Of a DNA stretch of 64,000 nt, positions 33,270 to 50,146 are shown in pieces. The notes under the pieces are model-generated. The model had not been told where the DNA came from, did no database searches, and saw only the letters and a program-made list of their open reading frames with translations. A program made the translations under genes and the position numbers. Source of the stretch: the human T2T-CHM13v2.0 reference genome, Homo sapiens. Numbering within the stretch: position 1 is the first letter of the stretch; each line of letters starts with the position of its first letter. The DNA is taken from NCBI RefSeq assembly GCF_009914755.1, contig NC_060929.1; one strand, written 5' to 3'.

Positions 33270-36200
33270 TTCTTTTAGATTCAGGAGTACCTGTTTTATA
33301 GTTTTATTTTAGATTCAGGGATACCTGTGCAGGTTTGTCATATAGGAAAATTGTCTGTCATGGGGGTCTGATGTATAGGTTATTTCATCATGTAGGTAAT
33401 AACCATGGTACCTGATAGGTAGTTTTTCTATCTTTTCCCTCTTCCCACTCTCCACCCTTAAGTACACATGGGTCCATGTGTACTCAATGTTTATCTCCCA
33501 CTGATATGTGAGAAAATGTGGTATTTGGTTTTCTGTGCCTGCATTAGTTCGTTTAGGATAATGGCCTCCAGCTGCATCCATATTTCTGCAAGGGATGTGA
33601 TCTTGTTCTTCTTAATGGCAGTGTAGTATTCCATAGTGTATATATACCACATTTTCTTTATCCAGTCTACCGTTGATGGGCATTTAGGTTGATTCCTTTT
33701 CTTTGCTATTGTTAATACTGCTGCAATAAACTCATGCATGCATGTGTCTTTATGATAGAATGATTTCTTTTCCTTTGGGTATATATCCAGTAATGGGATT
33801 GCTAGGTCAAATAGTAATTCTGTTTTAAGTTATTTGAGAAATCATCACACTACATTTCACAATGGCTGAACTAATTTACATGTGTATAAGCATTGCCTTC
33901 ATCTACAACCATGCCAGCATCTGTTATTTTTTGACTTAGTAATAGCCATTCTGACTGGAGTGAGATGGTATCTCATTGTGGTTTTGATCTGCATTTCTCA
34001 ATGATTAGTGATGCTGAGCATTTTTTCATATGCTTGTGGGCTCGGTGTATGGCTTCTTTTAAAAAGTGTCTGCTTATGGCCTTTGCCTACTTTTTAATGG
34101 GTCTGTTTATTAATTTAAGTGTCTTATAGATTCTGGGTATTAGACCTTTATCAAATGCATAGTTTGCAAATATTTTATCCCATTTTGTAGGTTATCTGTA
34201 TAGTCTGTTGATAGCTTCTTTTTTTATTTTTTATTACTAAAGTTGTGGGGTACATGTGCAAAACGTGCAGGTTTGTTAACATAGATATACATGTGCCATG
34301 TTGGTTTGCCGCGCCCATCAACTCGTCATTTACATTAGGTATTTCTCCTAATGCTATCCCTCCCCCAATCCCCCACCCCTTGACAGGCCCTGGTGTGTGA
34401 TGTTCCCCTCCCTGTGTCCATGTGTTCTCATTGTTCAACTCCCACTTATGAGTGAGAACATGCACTGTGTTACTTTGCTCTTCCTGTAACTCTTCTTGTG
34501 TTACCTTGCTGAGAATGATGGTTTCCAGTTTCATCCATGTCCCTGCAAGGGACATGAACTCATCCTTTTTTATGGCTGCATAGTATTCCATGGTGTATAT
34601 GTGCCACATTTTCTTTATCCAGTCTATCATTGATGGGCATTTGGGCTGGTTCCAAGACTTTGCTATTGTAAACAGTGCTGCAATAAAATGATTTATAATC
34701 CTTTGGGTATATACCCAGTAATGGGATTGCTGGGTCAAATGGTATTTCTAGTTCTAGATCCTTGAGGAGTCACCACACTGTCTTCCACAATGGTTGAACT
34801 AATTTACACTCCCACCAACAGTGTAAAAGCATGCCTATTTCTCCACATCCTCTCCAGCATCTGTTGTTTCCTGACTTTTTAATGATTGCCAACCTAACTG
34901 GTGTGAGATGGTATCTCACTGTGGTTTTGATTTGCATTTCTCTAATGACCAGTGATGATGAGCATTTTTTCATAAGTTTGTTGGCTGCATAAATCTCTTC
35001 TTTTGAGAAGTATCTGTTCATATCCTTCACCCAATTTTTGATAGGGCTGTTTGTTTTTTTCTTGTAAATTTGTTTAAGTTCTTTGTAGATTCTGGATATT
35101 AGCCCTTTGCCAGATGGATAGATTGCAAAAATTTTCTCCCATTCTGTAGATTGCCTGTTCACTCTGATGGTAGTTTCTTTTGCTGTGCAGAAGCTCTTTA
35201 GTTTAGTTAGATCCCGTTTGTCTATTTTGGCTTTTGTTGCCATTGCTTTTGGTGTTTTAGTCATGAAGTCTTTGTTCATGCCTATGTCCTGAATGGTATT
35301 GCCTAGGTTTTCCTCTAGGGTTTTTATGGTTTTAGGCCTTACATTTAAGTCTTTAATCCATCTTGAGTTAATTTTTGTATAAGGTGTAAGGAAGGGATCC
35401 AGTTTCCACTTTCTGCATATGGCTAGCCAGTTTTCCCAACATCATTTATTAAATAGGGAATCCTTTCCCCATTGCTTGTGTCAGGTTTGTCAAAGATCGG
35501 ATGGTTGTAGATGTGTGGTGTTATTTCTGATGCCTCTGTTCTGTTCTATTGGTCTATATATCTGTTTTGGTACTAGTACCATGCTGTTTTGGTTACTGTA
35601 GCCTTGTAGTATGCTTTGAAGTCAGGTAGCGTGATCCCTCCAGCTTTGTTCTTTTTGCTTAGGATTGTCTTGGCTATGCAGGCTCTTTTTTGGTTCCATA
35701 TGAAATTTAAAGTAGTTTTTTCCAATTCTGTGTAGAAAGTGGTAGCTTGATGGGGACAGCATTGAATCTATAGATCACTATGGGCAGTCTGGCCATTTTC
35801 ACTATGTTGATTCTTCCTATCCATGAGCATGGAATGTTCTTCCATTTGTTTGTGTCCTCTTTTATTTCCTTGAGCAGTGCTTTGTAGTTCTCCTTGAAGA
35901 GGTCCTTCACATCCCCTGTAAGTTATTTTATTCTCTAGTAGCAATTGTGACTGGGAGTTCACTCACGATTTGGCTCTGTCTGTTATTGGTGTGTAGGAAT
36001 GCTTGTGATTTTTGCACATTGATTTTGTATCCTAAGACTTTGCTGAATGTTGATAGCTTCTTTTGCTGCGCAGAAGCTCTTTAGTTTAATTAGGTCCCAC
36101 TTGTCAATTTTTGTTTTTGTCACAATTGCTTTTGATGTTTTTGTCATGAAACCTTTGCCATAGCCTATGTCCAGAATATTATTTCCTTGGTTATCTTCCA

Positions 36201-36357
36201 GGATTTTTATAGTTTTACATTTTACATTTTCTGATTTTGCTTGTTTCTTTCTTTCTACTAGCTCTGGGGTTGGTTTGCTCTTGTTTCTCTAGTTTTCCTA
36301 GGTGTAATGTTAGGTTATTAATTTGGGATATTGCTAACTTTTTGATTGGGTATTTAT
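33270..36357 (-). mobile_element. Older primate L1 (L1PA13-16/L1PB-like), truncated, internally deleted, interrupted by a younger L1
   Basis: ORF2 C-terminal peptides (AKKRNQPKCPSTVDWIKKMWYIYTMEYY) at 33491-33739. Host sequence resumes at 36048. Confidence 0.85.
34223..36047 (-). mobile_element. Nested 5'-truncated L1PA (PA6-8-like)
   Basis: ORF2 pieces [18 protein letters not shown] and [18 protein letters not shown]. Perfect 17-bp TSD TGTTGATAGCTTCTTTT (34206-34222 / 36048-36064). Confidence 0.9.
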
Positions 36358-37334
36358 CTGGTGGTCTGCTGAAGTAGCTTCCTAACAGGTCCACTTGTTT
36401 CCATTTTTACAAACAGAGAAGTCTTTCAAAACCAAAAATCTGATCATGTCTTTACACTGCTCAAAACCTTTCATCAGCTTTCCAGTTCACATCACATATA
36501 TTTTAATATAAATTATATTATGCTGTATAAAATCTTCTGCAATTTTTTATTTACAATGTCTTAGAAATCTTTTCATGTCAATATCTAGCAATCTACCTCT
36601 CTCTTTTTAGCTGTTGCATAATATTACACATTATGGCTAAAGTTCATTTAGCTATTCTATTAGTGAACATTTAGACCGTTAAGAACTTTTTGCTTTTATA
36701 AATCAGGCTGCAACGAACATCCTATATATGCCTCCTTGTTGTCATGTGAAAGTGTTTGTTTAAAGAGGATATCAATAGGTAACAAAAATATTAATAGTTG
36801 CCACCAAATTGTCTACCAAAGTAACTGTCCCCACTATATCTCACCAGTGGAGTGTGAAAATACATATTCACTCACACCTTCGCCAGTATTTGCCTCTAGA
36901 CGTTCTATGCTGTTCCACTCATACTATTAAATTCTGGGAAATTCTTGTCTATTCTGTAACTATGTCTTTAAACATTGTGTTTCTACATTCTCTCCATTTT
37001 CCACTTGTGAAAGGTGAAACTTTCGAATCTATACTCTATGTCTCTTAATTTTCCTTTCATACTTACCATTTGTTCAGCTCTTTGTACTGCATCATGGGAG
37101 AATTCCTTGGCTTCGTGTTTTAACTCATGAATTTACTCTCCTGCAGTGTCCATTTTAAAATATCAACTTCTACTGCCAGTTGCGCCCTCTGGGACGTGTG
37201 TCCTCACAATGCTGCAGCCAGAGCCCAGCCCCAGAGCCTGGGGAGCATGCAAGCCAGGCCAGGGTCCAGTCATTGGTGCATTCAGGCCTTGTGCAGGGGC
37301 CAAGGGGGCCTCTGGGAGGCTACTCACAATGTGA

Positions 37335-37514
<180 letters not shown>

Positions 37515-37517
37515 TGA

Positions 37518-37607
<90 letters not shown>

Positions 37608-37610
37608 TGA

Positions 37611-37748
<138 letters not shown>

Positions 37749-37773
37749 TGATCTGACTTTAACAAGAGGTTGA

Positions 37774-37929
<156 letters not shown>

Positions 37930-38526
37930 TAAGGAAAAATGCATATAATTAGCAAGATGAGCTCAACCTCCCCCTTCTTTTCATTTAGAAGGCCCTTGTT
38001 CTAAGACTCCAGCATGTAGAAATTCTTTGAAAATTACATCACTTTTATTTCTACTGATTTTATTTTAAATTCTAAGGATGTGCCAAATGAGTCAGATACT
38101 AAGATTTATCTTTCGAAATTATGTACTGTGTTTCATTCCGTTATCTTTTATGGGGGTGCAATTCAAAAACATGAGAAATGCCTAAACTTTAAGTATTTTA
38201 GAGTAAAATTAAAAGAACAATTGGTAGTAACTTTTGCTCCATATGGGTAAGTGGTTGATGAGGTTGCCATGTTTTTCTGGAAAAGTAAAAAAATTATTCC
38301 AATTCAGGGGAAGTATCTCATCAGAGTCTTTCGCATAGCCTGATGCCAAAAAGATGTTTCTTGGATATGAGACATGGTTTTGTGAGACATTGTACCTATA
38401 AAATTCCAGAGAAAAATAATGGGATTTACAGGTCAGTTGCAGAATGCAAATATACTGTTGACTTTAAACAAATAAACCTATTATATAAGCTATATTTGTT
38501 TTATTATTGAACATACCTTCAGTTTT

Positions 38527-38680
38527 ATTTTTTGACACAGGGTCTCACTCTGTCACCCAGGCTTGCGTGCTGTGGCATGATCACAGCTCACTGCAGCCTT
38601 GACCTCTTGGGTTCAAGTGATCCTCCCAGGTCAGCCTCCCAAAGTGCTGGGATTACAAGCATGAGCTGCTGTGCCTGGCC
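38527..38680 (-). mobile_element. Alu monomer (FRAM-like or left/right-recombined AluJ)
   Basis: 154 bp with left-arm 5' end (cccagcactttgggagg) and AluJ right-arm 3' end. 12-bp TSD ACCTTCAGTTTT (38515-38526 / 38681-38692). Confidence 0.85.
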
Positions 38681-38997
38681 ACCTTCAGTTTTCATATTCA
38701 AAAATTTTTAATTTGCTATAAAAATATACCAAATAGCATTTGGGAAAAATTTGATTTGCTATGACTTGCTTTCTTCTGAAAATACACGTGTACTGGGGGT
38801 TATAACGTATGTTAGAAATTGACATTATAAGTTCTTGGATAGGCACCAAAGTTGTATGGATTTTCTTCAGTGGAAAATGTAACTGAAGTCTAAGTCTTAC
38901 GTTTTCAGATGTTACTTAGGTTAAGAAATGTGTGTGCTTGCTGGTTCTCTTTTTGATCTAGGTGTGCAATATGCCTTGATGAATGACAATTAGAATG

Positions 38998-39280
38998 TTT
39001 TTTTTTTTTTTTTTTTTTTTGAGACGGAGTCTCGCTGTCGCCCAGGCTGGAGTGCAGTGGCGCAATCTCGGCTCACTGCAGGCTCCGCCCCCTGGGGTTC
39101 ACGCCATTCTCCTGCCTCAGCCTCCCGAGTAGCTGGGACTACAGGCGCCCGCCACCTCGCCCGGCTAATTTTTTGTATTTTTAGTAGAGACGGGGTTTCA
39201 CCGTGTTAGCCAGGATGGTCTCGATCTCCTGACCTCGTGATCCGCCCGCCTCGGCCTCCCAAAGTGCTGGGATTACAGGC
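38998..39280 (-). mobile_element. Very young AluY (Ye5-type), 20-nt 5' truncated
   Basis: Minus-strand diagnostics GGGCGAGGTGG, GAACCCCAGGGGGCGGAGCCTGCAG and GCGACAGCGAGAC. CpGs almost all intact; pure 23-nt tail. TSD TAGAATGTTTTTTT (from 38991 / 39281-39294). Confidence 0.92.
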
Positions 39281-40034
39281 TAGAATGTTTTTTTAAAGCA
39301 GCATCAATAAAATAATATTGTGACACTACATAAAATAAGCATACTTTGTCATTAGGAAATAGAAATAGATGTATGCCTGGGGGAATATTTCTTTGAGCAA
39401 AATAGCAGTCATAATTAGTGAATAGGTGTAACAATAAAAAGGCTTTATATGACAGATTAAAAAGGACTAGGAAAGTAATTGGGATTGCTGAAGAAATTTT
39501 TATAACAAAAAAGTTGATACTTGTAGTGTTCACTGATATCCTATCTTAAAGGGAAAATACTCTGATAGTGTGTGTAATCTGAGCAGCTATGTTAAAGCCA
39601 TTATTTTAGATTCATTAGTGAGATTTGAGGATCCATGTTATCTACTATGGCCTGGTAAGAGGAGTAAGGCAATGTGAGAGGTGGAGAAGAAACCAAATAT
39701 ATCTTAAATGGAATATTTCCTCTTTGCTTAAACCAAATTATAAAAGTCCTTGTATAAACTGTTATTAACTGCCTTTGAAAATTTGGCCCATTTTACTCCA
39801 GACATTTAAAATACAAAGGCCAGCAAGAGTTTCTTATGTTTTTGAGAGAAAAACTTACTTTTCTTTCTTTTGGTTTTATTTTTTCACTCATTGTTGATTT
39901 TCAAAATGAACTAAGTTTTAAAAAAAGGATTACAGAAAATATTTCATTCTTTCAAATACTTTCTATGTCTCATTTGAATATTAATATCATGTACATCCTA
40001 AAAACGGACACTATTTTTTAACCATCTTAACCAT

Positions 40035-41432
40035 TTTTTTAAAAAAACTTTGTGGGTACGTAGCAGGTGTATATATTTATGGAGTACATGAAATGTTTTG
40101 ATACAGAAATGCAATGGGTAATAATCACATCATGGAACACAGGGATTCCAGCCCCTCAAGCATTTATCTTTTATGTTACAAACAATCCAATTATATTCTT
40201 TTATTTATTTATAAATGTACAATTAAATTATTGTTGACTTTAGTCACCCTGTTGTGCTATCAAGTGCTAGGTCTTATTCATTTATTCTATTTTTTTGTAC
40301 CTATTAGCCATCACTCCCCCTCTTCACCTCCTCACTACCTTTCCTAGCCTCTGATAACCATCCTTCTACTATTTATCTCTCTGGGTCCAATTGTTTTTAT
40401 TTTTAGATCCCACAAATAATTAAGAACATGTGATGTTTGTCTTTCTGTGCCTGGCTTATTTCACTTAATATAATGACCTCCAGTTCCATCTACGTTGTTG
40501 CAAATGACTTAATCTCATTCCTTTTTATGGCTGAATAGTACTCCACTGTGTATAAGTGCACATTTTCTTTATTCATTCATCTGTTTATGGAAACTTAGGT
40601 TGCTTCCAAATCTTGGCTATTGTGAACAGAGCTGCAACAAACATGGAAGTGCAGATATATCTCTGATATACTGATTTGCCTTCTTTTGGGTATTTACCCA
40701 GCAGTGGGATTGCTGGATCGTATGGTAGCTCTATTTTTAGTTTTTTGAGGAACCTCCAAACTCTTCTCCATAGTGGTTGTACTAATGTACACTCCCATAA
40801 ACAGTGTATGAGAGTTCCCTTTTCTTCACATCCTTACCAGAATTTATTATTGCCTGTATTTTGGATAAAAGCCATTTCAACTGGGGTGAGATGATATCTC
40901 ATTGTAGTTTTGATTTGCATTCCTCTGATGATCAATGATGTTGAGTACCTTTCATGTGTCTATCATATGTGTGTCTTGTTTTGAGACATGTCTATTCAAA
41001 TATTTTACCTATTTTTAAATTGGATTATTAGAATTTTTTTCTATAGATTTGTTTGAGCTCCTGATATATTCTGATTATTAAGCCCTTAAAGATGGGTAGT
41101 TTGTAAATATTTTCTCCCATTCTGTGGGTTTTCTCTCCACTTTGTTATTTCTTTTGCTGTGCAGAAGATTTTTAACTTCATGTGATCCCATTTGTCCATT
41201 TTTGCTTTGGCTGCCTGTGCTTGTGAGGTATTACTCAAGAAACCTTTGCCCAGACTGATGTCCTGGAGAGTTTCCCCAATGTTTTCTTGTAGTAGTTTCA
41301 TAGCTTGAAGTCTTAGATTTAAGTCTTTAATTCATTTTGATTTTTCTATATGGTGAGAGATAGAGGTCTAGTTTCATTCTTCTGCATGAGGATATCCAGT
41401 TTTCCCAGCCCCATTTTTTGAAGAGACTGTCT
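40035..41432 (-). mobile_element. L1MA (MA1-3-like), 5' truncated
   Basis: ttgtgggtacgtagcaggtgtatatatttatgg 3' end; ORF2 peptide ENIGETLQDISLGKGFLSNT. Confidence 0.85.
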
Positions 41433-41512
41433 CTAAAAATGTGAACTATCAAACTTAAGAACTATTACTAGTCACTAGGTCATAGGTATACATTAGTCTT
41501 TAATAAAATTAA

Positions 41513-41854
<342 letters not shown>

Positions 41855-42615
41855 TCAATTTTGTATTCTAAGTATTAATCTCAATGTCCTCTAGTTGATT
41901 TGTCTGTAGCTGCTCTAACTTGTGAGTCTTGACTGTCATCTTTTTTATTAAGATTCTCTGTTAGACTGCATTTTCTATAAGTGGGTGTTGTGTACTTGTG
42001 CTTGGGAAAATTGTTGCTCTGGACTGTCCTGTGGCCTATTTTCAGGGAAAGTAGGGGACAAGCCACTGGGTGAGATTTCTCTTGGGTATTCTAGTCTAGT
42101 GCCCCCTGGCAATGACAGCCTCATGACATGGTCATGCCATGCCTCTTTAATTTGGGCCCCCTGGTCACAGCTCCAACCTGGAAGTGGACACTTTGTCACT
42201 GCTGTTTGGCTCAGGGGTAGATGGAAGGGCATTGATGAAGAAAGATCTACCTGGCCTCTTCTGCAGCACTACCCCAAGAACCTACATGTTGATTGCCCTT
42301 GACACCCTCCTGCTTCTGGTGTCTGCCACTTTAGGGGATGGGGCAGTCTTGCTGCTCCCTGCACCTTTTTTTTTTAGCAATACTTCCCTGTGCGTGTTTT
42401 AGATTGGCCTTTCTGTCTTTGATCAATCCAGTGTTCACCTCATCCTTTAGGATTTTATCCCAGTTTCTGGTTCACTGAAGGTTTCACTTTTTATTCCGGA
42501 TCACCAGTCAAGTCCCTCACTGTAGGAGTAAAGAAGCTCTAGGATATACTCAGTCCATCATCCTGACATGGAACTATGGAACCTTCAAAATACCAAGTCA
42601 TCTAACCTCCTATAA

Positions 42616-42775
42616 CTGTAGCTTTCAAATCTGGCTGCATATGAGAACCAAAGGGGGAGGTTTAAGACAGAATACTGATACTCCAGACATTTTGATTTAG
42701 TTGCTCATGGGTGGGGGCATGGACATTGCTGTGTTTCTTTGTTTTAAAGCTCCCCACCTGCTGCTAACCACTATC
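42616..42775. mobile_element. MER5-like hAT fragment
   Basis: ttcaaatctggctgcatatgagaacc...tgatttagttg...ttttaaagctcccca. Confidence 0.55.
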
Positions 42776-43490
42776 CTAAAATAACAGAGCTGACTACCTC
42801 CGAGAGAGTCAGGCTTCAAAATGGTCTTCAGCAGGGGCTGAGAACCACCTGGAAGCCTCACCAGCTGGAACTTTCATCACAAAAGTCCAGATCTGCCCTC
42901 ATAATCACATTTCTCCTCCTACACATGAGTATTTAAGCAATAGATTGTTTATCATTATTTTATCAATAGTCATCGTCATGGATAGTTAACATTTTTCATT
43001 CTGTCTGTGTTACTTATCAAATGTCACACTAGTTAAAAGTTTTTGGAAGCTTGCTCCAATAAACAGCTTTTCCTGTATGGCCAGGTCTTGATGTGATTGG
43101 TCAAGTTCCCTGATATGGCTATTGTATTTAATTAAATTCAGCTAATAATATTCATTTTCAAGTGTGCAGGTTGTAAAACAACTTTCAATGAAATCACAAT
43201 GTACTTGTTTTATATTTTCTAGTCTTCAGTAGCTCTTGTTTGGTTTTAACTAAAAATTGGAAAAATCACAATTAAATGGCTTTTGAAGATAAAGTGACCC
43301 CAAGCACAATGGATTTCTCTAAACATCAGCAAAGATTCTTATTGGTCACTTACATAAATTTATGTAAACTGAAATGGGAACGTGTTTATGTACAATTTTG
43401 GATGTTCTTATTATCCAGTTAGGCTCACAATCTAGGACTAGGCCTATGGTCTTGTGAGGTCTTTGCACAATTTGTTGTTGACCAGTACTA

Positions 43491-43813
43491 GTCCCCAACC
43501 CCCAGGCTGTGGACTAGTACTGGTCGATGACCTGTTAGGAACCAGGCCGCACAGCAGAAGGTGAGTGAGCATTATTACCAGAGCTCTGCCTCCTGTCAGA
43601 TCAGTGGTGGCATTAGATTCTCATAGGAGTGTGAACCCTATTGCAAACTGTGCATGTGAGGGATCTAGGTTGTGCGCTCTTTATGGGAATCTAACGAATG
43701 CCTGATGTTCTGGGGTGGAACAGTTTCATCCTAAAACCATCCCCCCATCATCCATGGAAAAATTGCCTTCCATGAAACTGGCCCCTGGTGCCAAAAAAGG
43801 CTGGGAACTGCTG
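43491..43813 (+). mobile_element. MER1B hAT-Charlie element with rearranged left end
   Basis: cctgttaggaaccaggccgcacagcag...gcattagattctcataggag...cctggtgccaaaaaaggctgggaactgctg, followed by Charlie-type target ATCTAGAC. Confidence 0.85.
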
Positions 43814-44200
43814 ATCTAGACAACATTATAGTAGTGCCTTATTCAGCAATGGGCAGGGAAACGCCAGGCATGAAAATTGAATATTGAGTTAGAATAGGGT
43901 GCAGGTGGAAAGCAGGTATTGGGAAGAAAGAAAAAAAATTGGGGCCATGTGTTAGAGGACTGAATATCATGAAGTGGTGGCACCTCTTCCTTTCAGCAAG
44001 CTGAAAAAATTCCATAATGTCAGGAGACTGGAAAGAATATTCAAGACTGGTGATGGTTGTGGTGGTGGTGAGCTCCAAAGTGGCTAAGATTGTTTATAGG
44101 CAATCATCAAATGTATGTTTAATAAAGAGACTGTCAGGCCACTCAGATGCTGAATTTGGCTTCAAACTGTAAGGCTTTGAGAATTTTTCAGATATCCCAC

Positions 44201-44565
44201 TGTCTTAGTTTGTACTGCTATAACAGAATACCATAGACTGAATAGCTTATAAACCACAGAAATTTATTTCTCACAGTCCTGGAGGCTGGAAGTCTGAGAT
44301 CAAGGTGCAGCATGATCAGGTCCTAGAGAGGGCTCTCTTCTGGGTTGTAGACTTCCAGCTTCTCATATCCTCACATGACAGAAAGGGAGCTATCTAGCTC
44401 TCTGGCCTCTTCTTATAAGGGCACTAATTCCATTCATAAGGGCTCTACTCTCATGACCTAATCACCTCTAAAAGACCACACCTTCGAATACCATCACATC
44501 CAGGATTAGATTTCAACATATGAATTTAGTGGAGGGATGTAAACATTCAGTCCATTAACACAACA
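44201..44565 (-). mobile_element. MLT1A-like MaLR LTR
   Basis: tgtcttagt...aatttatttctcacagtcctggaggctggaagtc...aacattcagtccattaaca. 5-bp TSD CCCAC (44196-44200 / 44566-44570). Confidence 0.85.
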
Positions 44566-45291
44566 CCCACTGAGCCAATGTTGCATGGATGGTAAATACC
44601 CACCCAACTATGAGTAAGGGAAGAAGTCATAGAATGGAAGAAACAAAGAGGAAGCAAGGAGGGACGCTGACTGGAAAGACTCTCTGGGAGGGAAATGGGA
44701 AACTGGTTATTTGGCAGAATAAAGAATTTGAAGGTGGAATAAATTAGAAGAAAAACAAGAGAATTGATGGAATTGTAAAAGAAGAAAAAGAAAAAGGCTC
44801 ACACTCAGAAAGAGCCCTAGTTCTGCCTAATCAATGTTTTTATTTCTCCTCATCAAAAATAATTTCTATTATATCTCCTGAGCACGGAAACATTGGTAAG
44901 AACTATTAACTTAGGTCAGTAAAGTGGGATAGGTAAATTATTTGGAATCAAAGTCTTAGTGGAGTTTTCATCTAATAAGAACAGAATACACTAATGGCCA
45001 TTTCATGGGGCTACTGCAAGCAGAAACATTGTGTGTGATATGTCTCCAAATGTGATCATTTCAAATATCATTTGAGAACCCATGAAAATCTTTAGTAAAT
45101 TTAATAATCCTAGAATCTTCCTTTTTTTCTAGTCTCTATGAAATTGCTCTCAAAAGTTAACAAATTTCAGTAATATAGCAATCAGATGACATTTCTATAT
45201 TTATATGGCGGTTGGGCTCAGAGATAGCCTTTACAAGTGATGACAAGATTCAGGCTTTAGTAACTATAGTCTCACAGCAAAGTTTTCAACG

Positions 45292-45500
45292 CAGTCATAC
45301 AGTGACATTTCAGTCAATGACCAACTGCAAATATGATGGTAGTCCCATAAGATTTTAATGGAACAAAAATTTTCTATCACCTACTGATTTGTGTTATGTT
45401 ATTCCCTACCATATTCAGTACAGTAGCTTGCTGTACAGGTTGGTAGCCTAGGAGCAATAGGCTATACTATATAGCCTAGATTGTTAAGCGACACATGATT
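45292..45500 (+). mobile_element. Tigger3/MER7-like DNA transposon derivative
   Basis: cagtcat...ggtagtcccataagatt...gctgtacaggttggtagcctaggagcaataggctatac...ttaagcgacacatgattg. Confidence 0.75.
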
Positions 45501-45535
45501 GTACATTGTAATTTGTTAGGTCTTTTGTTATTTAA

Positions 45536-49000
<3,465 letters not shown>

Positions 49001-50094
49001 AAAATTCCAGTGGGCAGGGCCCCTCAGGAGCTGAAGTCATATCAGAAAGTGGTACTGACTGCTGAGTCTCAATGAGATGCCAAGTGCCAGCCAATGCTGC
49101 TTCTGCATTTGTGTGCACCAGAAAGGGGAAAATGTCAAGTTCTCAAAATAAAACAAATGAAAAACCCAACAGCAACAAAGAGCAGCCACACATGAGAACA
49201 ATTTGAGTTTCTTTCAGGGACACTGTCTTTCCATTTGAATAGCTTTATGCTCCGGGACTCCTGTTGGATCTGCTGTGAGCTATTTTTTTTTTTTTTTCCC
49301 CCTAAGCAGAGCTTGCTTTAAACCACGGTCTGTGGACCATCCTTTATTAAGGAATTAATAAAGCCCTCCTATTGCCCACAGACCCTTCCTCTCCTGATGG
49401 TAGTCTTGGAAAGGGGAACACAGTCTTCTATCTCACAGTTAACACTGAGGCTTAGAATCATCTCGGAAGACTTAACACAGTGACTGGTCGTCATTCTAGG
49501 ATAAAAACGAGGGATATTAGAGGGCAGAGAGCATGATGATTACCTATAGTGTGGACAGTGGTAAGGCGATGGGGGTAGGAAGCAGGAGGGAGGGCAAGAA
49601 AATGGTAGTGAAAGGGAGATGATACAACCTTCTGCCACATCTGCCTAAGGCAAGGCTGGGTGACAGTAGTTTTTTTAGTCCAGCAAACCTTCCCACTCCC
49701 ACTCATAAAGTGATCTCTAATTCTCTGGCACAACAGGTGCTTGCCACATGTAATTCTTGGAAACTGCTGAGTTTCCTTGTGCGGGTAATTTGTAACACTT
49801 ACAACTACTTCTCCTCCTGGGGCTGCTGCTGTGGCTTCCTGGAAAGAGTGTCCATTCCTGTGCTCTGATGGATCACAGCTGCAGATTGCCCGGGCTTTGC
49901 TCATCACCACATGGCTATCATGTCACAAGCACATTCATACATGTGTTTTAGGGAAGTCATGTGATTATTTCTTCCATTACCTAAAGCTGTACAGCTAGCT
50001 AAGTGTTATGGGCCAGAGGTAGATTTGAAATTTAGTCATTAGACCCACAATCAGCATGAACTATTGGGTAAATGCTCATGAGAACATGTTTACA

Positions 50095-50146
50095 TGTGCG
50101 TGTGTGTGGGGGTGTGCGTGTGTGTGTGTGGGGGGGGGGTGTGTGC
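50095..50146. repeat. (GT)n/G-run low-complexity tract
   Basis: gtgcgtgtgtgtgggggtgtgcgtgtg...gggggggggg tgtgtgc. Confidence 0.85.
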
